Part shown: piece after piece, positions 61,456-64,000 of the stretch | Numbering within the stretch: the first letter of the stretch is position 1 | Layout of the letters: every line of letters starts with the position of its first letter | Assembly (NCBI GenBank): GCA_963797095.1 | Contig: CAWCNY010000005.1 | Location: 384,001-448,000, forward strand | Source of the DNA: an uncultured Chloroflexia bacterium | GTDB lineage: Bacteria; Chloroflexota; Chloroflexia; QHBQ01; JADMIH01 | Reading direction: 5' to 3' | Length of the DNA: 64,000 nucleotides | Program-made: the position numbers and the translations under genes | The notes under the pieces: model-generated | What the model was told of the DNA's origin: nothing | Seen by the model: the letters and a program-made list of their open reading frames with translations, nothing else | Databases searched by the model: none

Positions 61456-64000
61456 ATGGCTGCTAATACGGCACAGTTGATAGGAGCGCTGCCAACAGGC
61501 ACTGTTACGTTTCTCTACACAGACGTCGAGGGCAGCACCAAGCGCTGGGAGCAGCACCCCGGCGAAATGAAGGCAGCGGTCGAGGTACACGATGCCATTT
61601 TGAGAAAGGCTATCGAAGCCAATGGCGGGGTCGTGTTCAGGACGATGGGAGATGCTTTTTGCGCGGCCTTCTCTACCGCGCCCCAGGCTATGATTGCGGC
61701 CCTCGACGCTCAACGGACCCTGTTTGCATACGATTGGGGTGTCGCGCTTGGGCCGGTAAGAGTGCGCATGGCTCTCCATACCGGGCTGGGGGAAGTGCGC
61801 GACGGCGACTATGTGGGCCAGCACTTGAACAGGATCGCCCGTTTGCTGGCGGCAGGGCATGGCGGCCAGACGCTGCTGACGCAGGCCGTCTATGAATTGG
61901 TCTATGACAACATGCCGGCGGGCACATCGCTGGAAGACCTTGGAGAGAAGCGATTACGCGACCTGCAAAGACCTGAGCATGTCTTCCAGATTGTTGTGGC
62001 GGACCTCCCTTCGCAGTTTCCCCCACTCAAGACCCTCGATGTGCGACCCCACAACCTACCCACACAAACCACTCCATTCATCGGCAGGGAGAAGGTGCTT
62101 GATGCCGCTTGCGACCTGCTGAGCAGTCCCGATGTGCGCTTGCTGACGCTCACCGGGCCAGGCGGCACGGGCAAGACCCGCCTGGGGTTGGAGATAGCCA
62201 GGTCGAGCGTCGCCGATATGGAAGAGGGCGTGTTCTTTGTACCGCTGGCTTCTGTCAGCGATCCTCAACTGGTTGGCCCGGCGATTGCCCAGGCGTTGGG
62301 GTTGGCAGATACCAGCGGCAGTCGCGAGAGCCTGATAGATTTCCTGCGCGAAAAGCAGATTCTGTTGATGTTCGACAATTTCGAGCAGGTGATGGGGGCT
62401 GCTACTCTCCTTGCCGATCTGCTTTCGGGCGCGGCCAGGCTCAAGATGATCGTGACCAGTCGCGAGGCCTTGCACGTGTACGGCGAGACGGAGTTTCCGG
62501 TCCCACCACTTGTATTGCCCGATCCACGGCATTTGCCCCCTGTCGATCAGTTGACGCAATACGAAGCGGTGCGGCTCTTCATCGACAGGGCGCGGTCGGT
62601 CAAGCCCGATTTTACTGTCACCAACGAGAATGCCCCTGCGGTAGCCGAGATATGCTACAGGCTGGATGGCCTTCCCCTGGCGATTGAGCTGGCGGCAGCG
62701 AGGATCAAGCTGCTGCCGCCAGCCGTGATCCTGTCCAAGCTGCAAAGCAGGTTGAGGCTCCTTACCGGTGGGGCCAGGGACCTCCCTGCCCGGCAGCAAA
62801 CCCTGCGAGGCGCAATCGAGTGGGGGTACGACCTCCTCAACCCTGGAGAGAGAAGACTCTTTCGCAGCCTGGCTGTATTCGTGGGGGGTTGCACCCTGGA
62901 GGCGGCGGATCGTGTGTGCGGCGAATGGCTGGCTGAAGATGACCCCTCGATTGATCTGCTGGATGGCCTCGGATCGCTGCTAGATAAGAGCTTCTTGAAA
63001 CAGGAAGCAGATGAAGACGATGTGCGCTTCTTCATGCTCGAAACCATACGAGAGTTTGCCCTGGAGAAACTGGACGAGTTTGGGGATAAAGAGGTATTGC
63101 AGAGGAGGCACGCAGATTATTACAAGGGGCTGGTGGAAGAAGCCGCGCAGACTATGAGGCGTGGCAACCGGAAGCACTGGCTCAATTCGCTCGAATCTGA
63201 GCTCGACAATATCAGAGCAGTCTTGCAAATGAGCCTCGATAATGCGGTCGCATCAGCCCAATACGCAGAAACCGGATTAAGAATGATCGGCGGGCTGGAA
63301 GACTTCTGGACATTGAGGGGGCATGTGTATGAAGGGGAGCGCTGGGGCGAGGCCATGCTGGGAGCAACCGCGGGGCGCACCGCGTTGCGCGCCAGGGCGA
63401 TGCATGCGACCGGATATACAGCCTTTATTGGGAGTGACCTGCAAATGGCTCGTAAGTGGTTCGAGATGGCGCTGGACATTTACCGCGAATTGAATGACCC
63501 GGCAGGTATTGCCTACTCCATACACATGCTTGGGGCGTGCGTGGCTTTTATGGAAGACCCGGCTGTGGGGCGTGCCCTGAGCATACAAGGGATGGAGATC
63601 TTCCGGTCAATGCCGATCCTAGACAACTGGGGCCTGTCCCAGGCGGGCATGGCGTTGGGTGTGCTTACCCTCTTGCAAGGTGACTACGCGAAAAGCCTTG
63701 AATTGCTTGAGGAGAGTGAGAAGTTCGGAAGAGCCTCAGGCGACATGTACATGGTGGCCCAGGTGCGCAACTACCTCGGAGATATAGCCAGGATGCAGTG
63801 CGATTATCCGAGAGCGGAAGCCATGTACAGGGAAGCCTTGCCCATTTATGAGGACGTGGGCAGCAGGACCGATCTGCCCGCCATATTGCACAACATGGCT
63901 TACGTCTCCCTGGCACTTGGCCGCCAGCAAGAGGCGCTGTCTCAGTTCAGCGAAGCGGTGGCTCTGCAAAAGGAACTGGGCAGCAAGCCGGGGATATTGG
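61456..64000 (+). CDS. Class III adenylate/guanylate cyclase + STAND (NB-ARC-like) ATPase + TPR protein; runs off the window end
   Basis: Manual translation: LPTGTVTFLYTDVEGST, GDAFCAAF, VRMALHTG, LTGPGGTGKTRL, DNFEQV, LDGLPLAIELAAAR, then TPR-like helices. Confidence 0.92.
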   Translation, partial: MAANTAQLIGALPTGTVTFLYTDVEGSTKRWEQHPGEMKAAVEVHDAILRKAIEANGGVVFRTMGDAFCAAFSTAPQAMIAALDAQRTLFAYDWGVALGPVRVRMALHTGLGEVRDGDYVGQHLNRIARLLAAGHGGQTLLTQAVYELVYDNMPAGTSLEDLGEKRLRDLQRPEHVFQIVVADLPSQFPPLKTLDVRPHNLPTQTTPFIGREKVLDAACDLLSSPDVRLLTLTGPGGTGKTRLGLEIARSSVADMEEGVFFVPLASVSDPQLVGPAIAQALGLADTSGSRESLIDFLREKQILLMFDNFEQVMGAATLLADLLSGAARLKMIVTSREALHVYGETEFPVPPLVLPDPRHLPPVDQLTQYEAVRLFIDRARSVKPDFTVTNENAPAVAEICYRLDGLPLAIELAAARIKLLPPAVILSKLQSRLRLLTGGARDLPARQQTLRGAIEWGYDLLNPGERRLFRSLAVFVGGCTLEAADRVCGEWLAEDDPSIDLLDGLGSLLDKSFLKQEADEDDVRFFMLETIREFALEKLDEFGDKEVLQRRHADYYKGLVEEAAQTMRRGNRKHWLNSLESELDNIRAVLQMSLDNAVASAQYAETGLRMIGGLEDFWTLRGHVYEGERWGEAMLGATAGRTALRARAMHATGYTAFIGSDLQMARKWFEMALDIYRELNDPAGIAYSIHMLGACVAFMEDPAVGRALSIQGMEIFRSMPILDNWGLSQAGMALGVLTLLQGDYAKSLELLEESEKFGRASGDMYMVAQVRNYLGDIARMQCDYPRAEAMYREALPIYEDVGSRTDLPAILHNMAYVSLALGRQQEALSQFSEAVALQKELGSKPGIL

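Noticed and set aside
61456-64000. Cyclase-STAND-TPR protein as an antiviral Avs-type system
   Set aside because: This architecture is a common expanded signalling family in Chloroflexota and Actinomycetota, and there is no defence context here.

Overview
GC-rich bacterial chromosomal window, most likely Chloroflexota. This assignment is inferred from lineage-typical secreted domains (YFDKxRME and GYPISEE/VQYFERxR), a T-box-regulated thrS and a cyclase-STAND-TPR protein. Most of the window is housekeeping: a MoxR/DUF58/DUF4350/DUF4129 operon, yacL-ispD-ispF-dtd, pyrB, xseAB-trmD, many peptidases, beta-oxidation genes, udg-nfo, thrS, iscS, scpB, tRNA-Leu(UAG) and htrA. I found no CRISPR array, prophage, integrase or intact transposase. 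The most notable observations are: (1) palindromic elements whose arms are built from several 7-bp tandem-repeat families, sitting at gene junctions and often supplying the stop codon; (2) a leader-peptide attenuator ahead of a stand-alone kinase N-lobe; (3) an orphan eCIS-cargo-like metallopeptidase split by one in-frame TGA, followed by a possible immunity gene; (4) a promoter-proximal structured RNA candidate; (5) an Mrr nuclease inactivated by a 20-bp tandem duplication in its catalytic motif; (6) a MITE inserted into a GTAG-REP; (7) a 50-bp ectopic copy of thrS. All family assignments come from motif recognition by eye; no database searches were run.
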